Source of the DNA: a virus
Virus record (IMG/VR): IMGVR_UViG_3300009545_000021
Coordinates: 5,949-69,948 of that record
Direction: 5' to 3' (one strand)
Length of the DNA stretch: 64,000 nt
Shown here: positions 1 through 10,750 of the stretch, piece after piece
How the letters are laid out: every line of letters begins with the position of its first letter
Numbering within the stretch: the first letter of the stretch is position 1
Notes under the pieces: model-generated
Seen by the model: only the letters and a program-made list of their open reading frames with translations
The model's database searches: none
Told to the model about the DNA's origin: nothing
Program-made: the position numbers and the translations under genes

Positions 1-285
1 GCATCAACCGTGCTGGCCGCTGCTCTGCGCCGTGTGCCGCGACGGCTTCCATATCGATGATTATGCCCGCTCGATCCGCAAGCCCGCCCGCCAGATCCGC
101 CGGCTGTTTCGCCGGGCGCTCGACGACATCGCGGTGCGCTACAAGCTCTTGGACGAGCGCGAATACCGCAAGCGCTGGGGTTATCGTCGCCGGCTGAAAG
201 AGATCGCCCGCGAGCGGCAAGAACACTTCCAAAAAATTCGGAAGCGTCGCATGCTCAAGGCCATTGCCATGGGGAGTGCGCCGTG

Positions 286-576
286 ATGTGCAGCTACTCG
301 ATGATCGCCGATCATTATCTCGACAAGTATCGATCGCAGTTCGGCCAGGTGGTAGGCGGCTCGATCTATTTCGATCCGAGCCTGTTTGTGCGCAAAGAGG
401 ATTTTTTGGCGCTGAAGGCCGATTTCGAGGACATGAAGCGCCTGCTGGCCAAGGCCAAGGCCTATGACATCAAGCATGACGAGCCCGATTGCGAGGTGGC
501 GGAGAAGGTGGCGCTGCTGCGTCGCTTCGCCGTGCTGATCGGCGTCGATTTCGACGACGTGGTGCCGGCAAAATGA
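286..576 (+). CDS. hypothetical phage protein
   Basis: GGGGAG RBS at 271-276; stop overlaps start of the HNH gene (ATGA). Confidence 0.6.
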   Translation: MCSYSMIADHYLDKYRSQFGQVVGGSIYFDPSLFVRKEDFLALKADFEDMKRLLAKAKAYDIKHDEPDCEVAEKVALLRRFAVLIGVDFDDVVPAK

Positions 577-947
577 CCGTGCCTTTCACCAAAGCCTGGC
601 GCCGGCGGGTGATGCTGACCGATATGGCGATCGAGCAGCATTGGGGCTGTTTCTATTGCCAGGTGCGCATGCTCTCGCCGGACGTGGTCCCGGACGGCCA
701 TCGCCTGCGCGCCACCTTCGACCATGTGAAAGCGGAGTCGCGCGGCGGCGGCTTTTGGCGCGGCAACCTGGTGGTGGCCTGCTGGGAATGCAACAACCGC
801 AAGGGCTCTCTGGATCTCGACAGCGAGGAGGCGGTGACGTTTTATCGCTGGGTGGCGCAGAAGATGCGCCGGCGGTTGCATGGGGCATTGCCGGCCGCGC
901 TGACGGATCTGGTGGCTTCACGCGATCGTGAGCCAGCTTTCGATTGA
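573..947 (+). CDS. HNH endonuclease
   Basis: CFYC...ATFDHVKAESRGG...NLVVACWECNNRKG: CxxC, DH, N, CxxCN pattern. Confidence 0.88.
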   Translation: MTVPFTKAWRRRVMLTDMAIEQHWGCFYCQVRMLSPDVVPDGHRLRATFDHVKAESRGGGFWRGNLVVACWECNNRKGSLDLDSEEAVTFYRWVAQKMRRRLHGALPAALTDLVASRDREPAFD

Positions 948-972
948 CGGTTCCAGAAAATTCGGATCGACT
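944..972 (+). promoter_or_regulatory. putative sigma70 promoter with operator in the spacer, upstream of the tRNA-like gene
   Basis: TTGACG (944-949), 17 nt, TCGACT; spacer holds TCCAGAAAATTCGGA (952-966), matching the operator at 60392. Confidence 0.55.
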
Positions 973-976
973 GGGA

Positions 977-1053
977 TGGTCAGGGCTTGGATTGGTTCGG
1001 GCAGGGGCCTCTAATCCCCACGCTCGCGGGTTCGAATCCCGTCTGGCCCTCCA
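977..1053 (+). tRNA. atypical tRNA with probable CUA (amber) anticodon
   Basis: T arm GCGGG-TTCGAAT-CCCGT, acceptor TGGTCAG/CTGGCCC, encoded CCA, D stem GCTT/GGGC, loop CT-CTA-AT; several non-canonical pairs. Confidence 0.65.
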
Positions 1054-1142
1054 TCGATCGAGGTCGACCGCGTGACGTAGATTTCGCCTTTCCAGGCCCG
1101 GCGCATGGCTTCCTCGAGCCACCCCAAAAGCATGAGGAAGCC

Positions 1143-1592
1143 ATGACCGCTTTGCTGGAATTGAAGATCCGTACCCTGACGCTGGGGGCGGAAAGCCGCA
1201 TCAACAAGGTGCAGTGCGAGCGCTTGCTGCGGCGGGCGCGCCGGCTCGAATCCAAACAGAAAACCTCGGTCGAGCAGCGCGCCGGCTATGCGCATGTGCG
1301 CCACCACCGAATAACCGTGGTGCGGCCGGCGGCGCGGATCTCGGGCCTGGCCTATGGCTTTCTCAAGGGCCGGCTCTATCGCGAAATCGAGAACAAGACG
1401 CACCAGCCGGTGCACCCCGACACGATGAAGGCGGTGTTGAAGCTGGTGGTGCGCTTCGGGGGCGAAGACATTCCCGAAGCGGCTTGGCAAGCCTGGTGGG
1501 AGGCGCAGGCTCAATGTACCGCGGTCGAGCCGGAACCGGGCTCGGGCGCCTTGAGCCCGGTGATCACCGAAGCAATCTTGTCGGTCTCGTAG
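1143..1592 (+). CDS. hypothetical phage protein (LAYGFLKGRLY motif)
   Basis: GAGGAAG RBS before ATG 1143; basic helical ORF. Confidence 0.65.
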   Translation: MTALLELKIRTLTLGAESRINKVQCERLLRRARRLESKQKTSVEQRAGYAHVRHHRITVVRPAARISGLAYGFLKGRLYREIENKTHQPVHPDTMKAVLKLVVRFGGEDIPEAAWQAWWEAQAQCTAVEPEPGSGALSPVITEAILSVS

Positions 1593-2407
1593 CCGAGCAG
1601 CGCGCAGACGGTGCGCACGAAGACATCCTCGTAAAAGGGCAGGCCGAGGCAGACGTGGCAGGCGGCAAGGATGGTGTTCGTGACCATGCTGGCCGGGGGC
1701 AGCTGGCCCCCGTGCTGCTTGTTGTAGGCATGGATGAGGCGCCCGACACGGATGAGGACCGGTTCCATCAAGGCCCGGTCCTCGAAGGTGGTTTCGGTGA
1801 TGGTGGTCACGGCTTTGCTCCCCGCCCGAACAGCTTGGTGATAGCCCACGCATGTCGCTCGGGAAAGCCGACGGGCGCCTCGCCGCTGACCGCCTTCAAG
1901 GCCTGGTCCATGGCGTAGCGATGTAAGGCGTGGGGCGGCGTGCTGCGGTCCTCGAACAGCAGCGAGTGATAGGCGGTGGTGTAGGCCTGCAGGGCGGCGT
2001 CGAGATGTTTGTGCGGCTCTTCGCTCATGCTGAAAGAATCTCCTTGGCGATGTCGGCAACAGGGGTGGTGTCGTCGAGCTGCAGGGCGCGCTGCAGCCTG
2101 TCGAGCTGGGGCAAGAGCGGAGCCATGAAGGTCTCGAGTTTGCCCGGCCAATCGACCAGCATTTCGGGCAGGCAGATGCCGCCGAAGACCAGCACGACAT
2201 AGCCTTGCGGCCGGTTGCGGTGGGCTGGATCGCTGAAATGCAGCGTGCGCTCGTTGATGGGGGAAAGATCGGCGAGCGTGGCGCGCTCGGTGGTGGGCCA
2301 CCAGCGCTCGCCATCATGGATGTTGATGCGCCAGCCCTGCGCCTCGGCGCGCTCGATCAGATGCAGGGTGACGGCGCGTTCGGCGGCGCGCAGGCGTTCG
2401 GGGCTGA

Positions 2408-2950
2408 TCATGTCTTGCCTTCCGTCTGGCGCGCCAGGCGCTCCAGCTCGATCCGGTTCTGGCGCGTGCGCCGGCGCTTCAACTCCTTCCATGCCAGCTC
2501 CTCCACCGTCTTCTTGCGCTTATAGGGCCGCTCGAAGCGCGGCGGGGAAGCGGGCGCAAAGGAATGGCCGGCGGCGAGCAGGCGTTCCTTGCCGGGATCG
2601 TAGCGCCGCGTCCCGGTTTTGTAGACCAGCAGCTCCAGCGCCCATGTCGGCACGTTGCGGCTGGCCTTTTGCGTGGGCGTGCGCAGCCACGACAGAACCG
2701 TCGCCGGCGAGACGCCGAGCATGGCGGCGGTCTGCGCCTTGGTCAGGCCGATATTGTCCATGACGTCGCGAAAGATCGCCTGGCGCAGCAGGACGATTTC
2801 CGCCAGCATGTCCTTGCGTGGCTCGATCAAAAGCACTTCGTCGAATTTCGGGCCGCTTAGCAGGCGAGCCCGGTCTTCGGCGGAGCGATAATCGAAAGTG
2901 CGATTGGAAAATTCGTCGTCGTCGGATTCTTCGCGGGGTTTTTGCATCAT
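2408..2950 (-). CDS. XRE-like HTH DNA-binding protein
   Basis: IGLTKAQTAAMLGVSPATVLSWLR helix-turn-helix. Confidence 0.75.
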   Translation of the reverse strand: MMQKPREESDDDEFSNRTFDYRSAEDRARLLSGPKFDEVLLIEPRKDMLAEIVLLRQAIFRDVMDNIGLTKAQTAAMLGVSPATVLSWLRTPTQKASRNVPTWALELLVYKTGTRRYDPGKERLLAAGHSFAPASPPRFERPYKRKKTVEELAWKELKRRRTRQNRIELERLARQTEGKT

Positions 2951-5298
2951 GGCGATTTTCCCATTTGCATTGGCGGTTTTTTCAGGCCGGGCCGGGCTTT
3001 TCGGCGATCGGCACGAGGGAGGCGACGTCATAGACCGCCTGCGCGTTGGCGCTGGGGCGCCAGTCGAGCCGGGGGCTATGGTGCAGGGCGAGGAATCCAG
3101 CCTCGGTTTCGGAGTGGGCGGCGAGGCGCTCGGCCTCCTCCTCCGACAGGTCGAGTTCAAGCGCGGCCGTGTCGTAGGTGACACGGGCGCGGGCGAGCGT
3201 CAGGCGGTAGAGCATGGGGCCCCTATTCGTCTTCGTGGCGCAGCTTGCGGACGTGGCCGGCGAGGTCCGGCACGACCTGAAAGCCGGCGCCGCTCCTGTC
3301 CTGTTCCGTGCCGTTGTCGAAAAGGACAGTGTATTCAGGTGGTCCGCCTGTCAGGGTGACGACAATGCTGCGGCCGTGGTTCTCGCGGTTTTCAGCAAAG
3401 GCGATAGCCTCGGCCACATCGAAGACGGAAACGAAGGGGCCGGCGACAAAGCGAATGGGTGTTTCGACGGGCAAGCCGTGCCCGAAAAACGTGTAAGCGA
3501 TTTGCAGCACGTCGCGCGGCTGGGTGATGGGCGCTTGCCCGAAGGCGGCAAACGTGGCGCTGCTCCTGGCGGCACGGGCGGCGCGGCGCTCGGAACCGGG
3601 GAGGGGTACGGGTTTCTTTCGCGGCATGGGTCGTCAGGCTCCTTTGGCTTTGGCAATGGTGGTTTCGATGATCTCGCGGAACGAGTTTTTCAGGTCGCGG
3701 GCATTGCTGCCGCGCACCGTAACGGCTTCGATGGCAAGGACGCTGGCGAGGTGTTCCAAGGCGGCCAGCATCTGCGGCGCGGCGACGACAAGCGGCGCCA
3801 AAAGGCGCCGCTGCTCTTCGTTGCCCAACAGGCGGGCGACAAGGATTTTGCCCTCGTCGTCGCCGATGTACTTTCGGTTTGCCGTGAGGATGCGCCAGCC
3901 CATCAGACGCCCTCGCAATGCAGCACGCGGGCGATGCGGCGACGGCTGGCCGGCGTGACGTTGGCGGGGATGTGCAGGGCAATGCTGCGCTGCTCATTGG
4001 TGCGCGGATCGAACCGGCCCTGGTCGCGCAGCTCGCGCGGGGCGTGCAGCTGATCCATGTCGGCCTCGACGAAACGGCCGCCGCGCTCGTCGTCGAACAA
4101 GGCGACGGCCTCGCGGAAAGTCAGTTCACGGGCGAGGTAGCCGGCGGCGGTGTTGTCGTTGTGCGCGGCGCTCTCGGGGGTGACGATTTCGAAGGTGAGG
4201 GCAAAGCGATACATGACAGGGGGGTCCTTGTGGGTTGCACGATGAAGCGGATTGCAGCGCTTCGTGAGACGGCGCGCGCGGCGCCGTCCTGCGAAGGGCT
4301 CAAGCTGTTTCGAGAAAGTCGGTGATGGGGCCGTCCTCCTCGTCAAAGACGTTGACGATGCCTCGGCTATCGGGGTCGTCGGGGTAGAGCGGAATCCACA
4401 CCGTATAGGCGATGCCTTGGGTGTTGCCGTAGTCCTCGATATCCTCGATGCGGCCACGGGCGCCGGCGGAGAATTCAAGCTCGTTGCCCTCGTCGTCATC
4501 GCCGAGGGTGGCAACTTTGGTGCGGACGGGCTCGCCCTTGTGGAAGGACAGGCGGCTGAGCTGGTGGGGCAACAGAAGAGGGCGGTTCACGGCTTTTTCT
4601 CCTCAAAGAACAGCTTGTGCAGGAGCCAGCACAAGACGATGGCGGTTGCGATGGATTCGAGCATGTCAGGCCCTCCGGCGCAGGGCGGTTTGCTTGGTAA
4701 TGGCGCGGTCGAGCTGGTCGGCGAGCTGCTGGGCGCGGATGGCGGCGGTCTTGCAGGCCTGCACCTGGGCGAAGCTTTTGGCCTTCTGCGCGGCGGCGTT
4801 GGCATTGGCTGCCGCTTCGCGAAGGGTGTTGCGCATGAATTGCGCCTCGACGGCGTCCATGCTGGCGGCGATCTCGATCGGGCTGGATGCATAGATGTGC
4901 ATGTCAGGCCTCCGCGTCGGCAAAGCGCTCGGCCCGCTGGCGGGCGAGGCAGGCGCGGGTTTCGGCGGCGTCCGCCAACAGGAACGAGTGAGCGTTGCGC
5001 AAGCCGTAGAGGGCGTTTCGAAAGTTGGCGGCGCGGATCGACGACACGACAGACGAATAGCGGGGCTCGTCCATCTCATGATGGTTGAGCCGCTGGCCGT
5101 TGGCCAAGGTCTCGTCGATGGCGCGGAGGGCCTGGGCGACGCGCTCGCGATAATCGGCGAGGGCGCGATAGGCCTCCTGGGTGCGGTGCAGGGCGACGGC
5201 GTGGGCCTGCTTGGCCGTGAGGGTGGCGCCGCAGGCCATCGGGCTATCGAGCGCGGCGGCGGCCTCGGTGAGATAGGCGGGGATGAGGGCCATGTGCA

Positions 5299-5577
5299 TC
5301 AGGCCTTCTGCGGCGTGGTGAAGGCCGGCGCTTCGGGGTGCTTGACCGAAATGCAGACATAGACGTTGCCGTTTTCCTCGGGCATGCCGCCTGCGTACCA
5401 ATCGCCGCCCCATCCGAATTTCAGGGCGAGGGCCTGAGCGGCGGCGGCGTGGTTCTGCTCGGTGTTCAAGCTGTAGCTGTAGCTGACCATGATGGAACCG
5501 GCGGCGGCCTTGGCCTTGATGCGTGAGCCGCGCGCGTTGGAGGGGCCGAAGTATTTCGTAGTGATTGCCTGGAACAT
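5299..5577 (-). CDS. conserved phage hypothetical protein
   Basis: MFQAITTKYFGPSNARGSRIKA...NHAAAAQAL; GAGGA RBS. Confidence 0.7.
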   Translation of the reverse strand: MFQAITTKYFGPSNARGSRIKAKAAAGSIMVSYSYSLNTEQNHAAAAQALALKFGWGGDWYAGGMPEENGNVYVCISVKHPEAPAFTTPQKA

Positions 5578-5660
5578 GCTGTCCTCGTGGTGGTCGGGGT
5601 TGAAGCGGATTGCGGGCGCTTCGTGACGGGGCCGGCGTGCGGTCCCGCTGCGAAGGGTCT

Positions 5661-6083
5661 TCAATCGAGATGCAGAAAGCCGTCATCGCCCTTGTAGGCG
5701 TCCGTCTGGCCCCATTGTTCGGCGGCCTTCGTCAAGGCGTCCTGCACGGCCTGGGGCAATTCGAGGCGGTCCCAATAGCCGACACCATGGCCGTTTCGGG
5801 TGCACCAAAAATCGCGGCCGGCCGACGTGTCGTCGTAGGCGCCCTCATAAGCGAGGGCGAGGCAGTCGCAATTTTCGACCTGGAAGCGGACACAGTCGCG
5901 CTTGATGGCTTCGAGCGTGTCGGGGTGAATGTCGCTGACGGTCATGCCGGCCAGCTCGTCGGCGGGGTCGCTGGTCTCGGTGAAGAAAAGCGCCTCGATG
6001 TAGCCGCGCGTAAAGGCGTCGAGATGATTGAAAGCTTCGACGGCCTCGATGCCGGGTCCGCCGGACAGGATAAATTCGGGCAT
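5661..6083 (-). CDS. conserved phage hypothetical protein
   Basis: GRDFWCTRNGHGVGYWDR motif seen in phage early proteins. Confidence 0.7.
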   Translation of the reverse strand: MPEFILSGGPGIEAVEAFNHLDAFTRGYIEALFFTETSDPADELAGMTVSDIHPDTLEAIKRDCVRFQVENCDCLALAYEGAYDDTSAGRDFWCTRNGHGVGYWDRLELPQAVQDALTKAAEQWGQTDAYKGDDGFLHLD

Positions 6084-8413
6084 GGGGTCAGGCCTTCGGG
6101 TTGTAGTAGTAGGGTTTTGCGTAAAGCGTGGTGAGGTACTTCCCGCGCTTGTCGCGAAGCTCCATTGAGGGCATGCCGCGCGCATCGTCCTTCGGAAACC
6201 AAAAGTCGCGATTGCGGTCGAAGGCGGGGCGCCAGTGAGGCGGCAAGGCTTCGCGGACGGCGGCGAGGTCGGGGCCGACAAGCTCGCTCGTTTCGGTGTT
6301 GAGATAGCCGGCGAGCTGGCGCGGGGTTGTACGAACGCTCGCGGCAAAGCCGGGGACGTGGCGTGAGAAAGAAAGCGTGTAAAGCATTGTCACGGCGGTG
6401 ATTCCTATTCAGGCGATTCCGATGATGTTGAGGAGTTCGTTATAGTCGTCCGCAGTGGGAACGCGTTCGGCGGTGTTCAACGCCTCGTTGTAAGCCTTCA
6501 CCTCCTGTTTGATCGCGAGGTGATCCTTGATGGCTTCGCGCACCGCTTCGGCCTCGGCAGCGTCTTGTTCGGCGATGTCGTCGCGGGTGTCGTTGGCGCG
6601 CTCGCGAAACTGCCGGGCGATCCAGTCGGCGGAAATCTGCAAGGGGTGGCGCGGGTCGATGGGTCCGCCCTTGCAGATACTGTCCACGGCATGCTCGGAA
6701 ACAAAGCAATCGGAAATGAGGGTTCGGCCGGCTTCGACGGCCTGTCCCTGGCGATGGAAGGTGAGATACTGGCCATCGACGCTGATGGTCAGGCCAGCGG
6801 CCTTGCTGCGGGTGAGGGCGGAAAGAATGGTGATCATGGGCGATGGTCCTGCGGGGTTTTTCGAATGAAGCGCGATTGCGGTAGCGCTTCGGAAGGCGGC
6901 GAGGTGAGGCGCCGCTAACCGAAGGGCTCAAGGGCGGTAGGGCTTTTCGAGCCACTTGCCCAAAGGCCATGTTTGGCCGCTGGTGAAGCAAGAGTCCTTG
7001 TCGCCGAAATGCCCGGCTTCGCCTGGGAAGCGGGTGTTTTCGTACCATTCCTGGTCGCTGCGAAATTGCGGAGCGTAGTAGCCTGGGCGGATCGGGTCGC
7101 CGCGATGAGCGCCGCTGTCGGGGGCTTCGTGAGCCCATGCGGGAACATGGTCCATGGTGTAGCGGTGCGGGTAGGCGCTCTGGGCTGTGGCGAAGGAAAT
7201 TTTGCGGGTCACGGTCGGGGCTTTCGGGTGTGAGGGCTGGGTGGGTTCAAGGGGCGGAGCGAGTAAGCGTCGCGGGAGCAATTCGAAGGAATGCAGCCAC
7301 GTCTTCGCTCGCATCCTGCATGGCGATATTGCCGATATCTCCGGTGCGATGAGCCTTGCGAGCTGCATCAAGGTAGTTTGCGGCCTTATGGGGTGTCGGA
7401 CCAGCCCGGAAGGCCTCGCGAGCTTCGTTGAAAGCATCGCGGTCGCCGGCTGCAACCGGGGCGTGTGGCGTTTCCACAGTCCAACGCGGAGTCGGATCGC
7501 GTTCCCACGAATAGCGCGTGATGTCGTCGAGCTGCGCCCATGACTTGCGCGGCGTCTTGTCGTCATACAGCGGGCGGGCGGCGCAATCGGTCTCGTAAGC
7601 GATTTGACCGGGGGTTTTCGGGGTTTCGGCCTGGGGCTTGCCGAGGGTGAGGGCACGAAAGAAACCCGAGTCGTTGAGCGCGGCGGGATGGTCTCTATTG
7701 AAGGCGAAAGCGGAGCGCATTGCCTGGGCGAGCGTGTCATAGCGCAGCGGCTTGCCGAGTGTTCCCGTGCAAGTTTCGAGGGTGCCGTTCTTCCAAACGA
7801 ATTCGATGCCAAACGTTCCGGTTTCACTGGTGCTGAAAAGTGCCTCGGCGTCGCTTTGGGTTTGAGCCGCTTCGGGTTCGATGATGCCGGCGTCTTCGCG
7901 GATTTCCTGCTGAGCGTCGGTGTTCGCTAGGCCATTAGCGAGGCCCTGACGGATGCGGCGCGACAGGATCTCGCGCGCCTTTTCGGGGTTGGCGTGCCAG
8001 CAACGGGCGATGAGTTCGCCCCGCAGATTGTAGGCCTTCCAAGCGGGGCCGTTCGCCTCATGAACGCTGCGACGCTGAATGCTCGCAACGGGCTTGGCGT
8101 TGAAATAGACGGTTTCGTGCTGGGTTGCCTGGGTGAGCTGGAAAGCGAGCTTGTCGAGCGAGGCTTCGTATTCGGCCATGACGCTTTCGACGTCGCGGCT
8201 GTTGAAGGTGCCAATCTCTACGCCATCAAGCCAGAGTGCCCATTTCCGCGAGCCTGCGCCGATGTGATGGGCAACGATGCGGCCCGAAGCGCTGGTTTTG
8301 ACCGACTTCGCGAGGGTTTTCGACATATGCTAATCTCCTACAAGACAGAGGGTGGATAAGTGGCAGGGCCGATTGCGGCGGCGGGCGGTGACGAATCAAC
8401 CGCCTGACCTATG

Positions 8414-8460
8414 GTGTATCATGATACGCGAAACGAGTAAAACCCTGATATCAATGGGTT
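8414..8460. promoter_or_regulatory. divergent control region between the leftward operon and terS, with palindromes
   Basis: Perfect palindrome GTATCATGATAC (8416-8427) and AACCC-TGATATCA-AT-GGGTT (8441-8460) in an AT-richer intergenic gap. Confidence 0.5.
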
Positions 8461-8468
8461 AGGTGAAA

Positions 8469-8996
8469 ATGAGCCAGAATCCGGTTGATGATCACGAAAA
8501 GTTGATCACGGAAATCGACGTGAGGGATGTGCGGGAGAGGCTGTTGCGGGGGGCGGTGCGCTCCCTCGCGACACAAGGCCGTTCTGGTCGTCCGCCTGCG
8601 TTCTGCCCGACCGACAAGGACCGAATGTACGTCGCCTCGATGGTCGCTGCTGGCGTTACTCGGGCTTCTATTGCCGATGTCATCGGGGTGAGTGTGCAGG
8701 TGCTGGCGAAAGCCTTTGCTGACGAGATTGCGACGGCCGAAGCTATTGCGACAGAGCTGGTGAGCCGGAAAATGTTCGAACGCGCCCTGGGCGATGGGCC
8801 GAATGGCTATCAGGCGGGCGCCTTGTGGCTGTCGCGGCGCTCCGGATGGCGCGAAAGGCCGCAAAATGAGCCGAACGACGCGTCCGAGGCCCGTGAGCTG
8901 GACCTTTCGGGCCTGTCGCGGGATGAGCGCGCCATGCTGCGGGCGGCACTGGAAGCTAGGAAGATGAGGCGGGGCCATGACACGTTGGAGGGATGA
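8469..8996 (+). CDS. probable terminase small subunit
   Basis: GRPP + HTH (GVTRASIADVIGVSVQVL), LWLSRRSGWRE, C-terminal LDLSGLSRDE typical of TerS. Confidence 0.65.
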   Translation: MSQNPVDDHEKLITEIDVRDVRERLLRGAVRSLATQGRSGRPPAFCPTDKDRMYVASMVAAGVTRASIADVIGVSVQVLAKAFADEIATAEAIATELVSRKMFERALGDGPNGYQAGALWLSRRSGWRERPQNEPNDASEARELDLSGLSRDERAMLRAALEARKMRRGHDTLEG

Positions 8997-9675
8997 GGCG
9001 GCGAAGGCGGGTTGCGCGCGCTTCGGTGACGGCGAAGTGATTGATAACGTTGATCACAATCGCGTGAGGAGGCCTGATCACAAGAAAGTGAACAAGCGCG
9101 GCGCGGTTGATCACGAAGCCGTGAGCGATGGGCCGTTCGGCGACGACCTGCCTGGAGCTATGAGCAATCCGGCTGACAGCCCTGCGCCGGGCGCGCGGCA
9201 CCTTTCGGATGCAGACATAGCCGCCATGCACTTGCAGCATAGCGAGGAGCTGCGCGAGCTTCGCGCCGAGCTGGCCACGCTGCGCGCCATGCTGGAGGCT
9301 TTCGCCAACGACAATGAAGCGCCAGCCTGGGCCGAAGCCTCGGGCATTCATGCCGGCCTGCCGCGCACGCTGACGGGCGTGCCTTCGCCCCAGCTCAAGA
9401 GGCCGCGCGCATGGCGCAAGCCGGTCACGGGCCTGTGAAGTCTTTCGCCCCCAACACCACAACACCCCCAAGGGGAGCAGCCCCAAGCGGGGAGGGCGGC
9501 GCCCCGGTCACGGCGGCGTTACCTGCCAGCCCGGCCACGGGCGAAAAGACCTCGCCGCGCCAGCCTCGACCCCCCCCACCCCCCCTGCCGCGGCGGGGAA
9601 CAGGAACCAGGGGGCCCCACCCGCACAACGCGGGTCCCATCCAATAGAATTAACATCTATCATCTGTGAAATTCA

Positions 9676-10467
9676 ATGCAGCATGTCGTAATGTACTCGG
9701 GTGGCCTTGGTTCTTTCGGCGCCGCGCATCGCGTGATCGAGGCGCACGGCAAGGAGGGCATAACGCTTCTCTTCACCGATACCTTGATCGAGGATGAGGA
9801 TCTTTACCGCTTCCTCGACGACACCGAGCTGCATTTCGGCGTACCGGTGACGCGCATCAAAGATGGCCGCGACCCCTGGCGCGTCTTCAACGAGGTCCGG
9901 TTTCTCGGCAACACCCGGATCGATCCCTGCTCCCGCATCCTCAAGCGCGAGCTGGCCGATCGCTGGCTGGTGGAGAATTGCGATCCGTCCTCAACGACCG
10001 TGCACCTTGGAATCGATTGGACCGAACAGCATCGGTTCGATGACGGGAAGGGAGGGGGTGCCAGGCTGCGCTATCAGCGGAATGGCTGGCGCGCCGAAGC
10101 GCCGTTGTGTCAACCGCCCTATCTTTGGCGCTCCAGACTTTACGCGATGCTCGAGACCGTCGGTATCAAGCCGCCGCGGCTCTACGCGATGGGCTTCGTT
10201 CACAACAACTGCGGCGGCTTTTGCATCAAGGCAGGGCAGGGGCACTTTGCGCTGCTCCTCAAGACGATGCCGGAGCGTTATCGGTTGCACGAGGAAGAGG
10301 AGCTGGCCCTTGTCGAAAAACTCGGCGCGGAGGTGGCAATCCTGCGCGACCGGCGCGGCGGCAAAACCCGGCCGATGACGTTGCGCGACTTCCGGCTTAG
10401 GATCGAGGCGAAGCAAGCAATCGACGAAGACGAGATCGGCGGTTGCGGCTGTTTTGTTGATACCTAA
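9676..10467 (+). CDS. PP-loop (PAPS reductase-like) protein with Cys cluster
   Basis: N-terminal VVMYSGGLGS, LFTDT, CSRILKRE, HNNCGGFCIKAG, C-terminal GGCGCF. Confidence 0.8.
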   Translation: MQHVVMYSGGLGSFGAAHRVIEAHGKEGITLLFTDTLIEDEDLYRFLDDTELHFGVPVTRIKDGRDPWRVFNEVRFLGNTRIDPCSRILKRELADRWLVENCDPSSTTVHLGIDWTEQHRFDDGKGGGARLRYQRNGWRAEAPLCQPPYLWRSRLYAMLETVGIKPPRLYAMGFVHNNCGGFCIKAGQGHFALLLKTMPERYRLHEEEELALVEKLGAEVAILRDRRGGKTRPMTLRDFRLRIEAKQAIDEDEIGGCGCFVDT

Positions 10468-10501
10468 GAACATCCCGCAATCTGTGAAATAGGATCGCTC
10501 T

Positions 10502-10750
10502 ATGTCCGTCTTCACCCCTGAGGAAGTCGCTTCGCTTTGGCGCTACCAGTTCGGCCCCTGGGGATCGCCCTTCGATCACGATCCCGTGAACCCGCCGCGC
10601 ATGCATCCCTTCACCTGCGGCAACCGTGACGGTCACCCTAAGATCGCCGGCGACAAGGGCATCCTCGTTCCGACGACCCGCGGCTGGATCTGCCCTATTT
10701 GTGATTACACTCAGGATTGGGCGTATGACCTTATGAAGAGGTGGCCATGA
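10502..10750 (+). CDS. small putative Zn-binding phage protein
   Basis: HPFTC...WICPICDYTQDWA. Confidence 0.6.
   Translation: MSVFTPEEVASLWRYQFGPWGSPFDHDPVNPPRMHPFTCGNRDGHPKIAGDKGILVPTTRGWICPICDYTQDWAYDLMKRWP

Larger units (their letters stand above)
1511..8326 (-). other. leftward operon of about 17 small, tightly coupled hypothetical genes (probable early/host-takeover region)
   Basis: Abutting or overlapping minus-strand ORFs, e.g. 7247-8326, 6928-7212, 6409-6837, 6088-6393, 5661-6083, 5299-5577, 4300-4590, 3903-4214, 3223-3627, 2982-3215, 2025-2411, 1807-2028, 1511-1810. Confidence 0.75.

Noticed and set aside
977-1053. Pyrrolysine tRNA or genome-wide amber recoding
   Set aside because: Canonical T loop, long D loop and 5-nt variable region are unlike tRNA-Pyl; no pyl genes; core genes are intact in the standard code and readthrough of TAG stops at 26748, 31283 and 39019 gives no in-frame fusion
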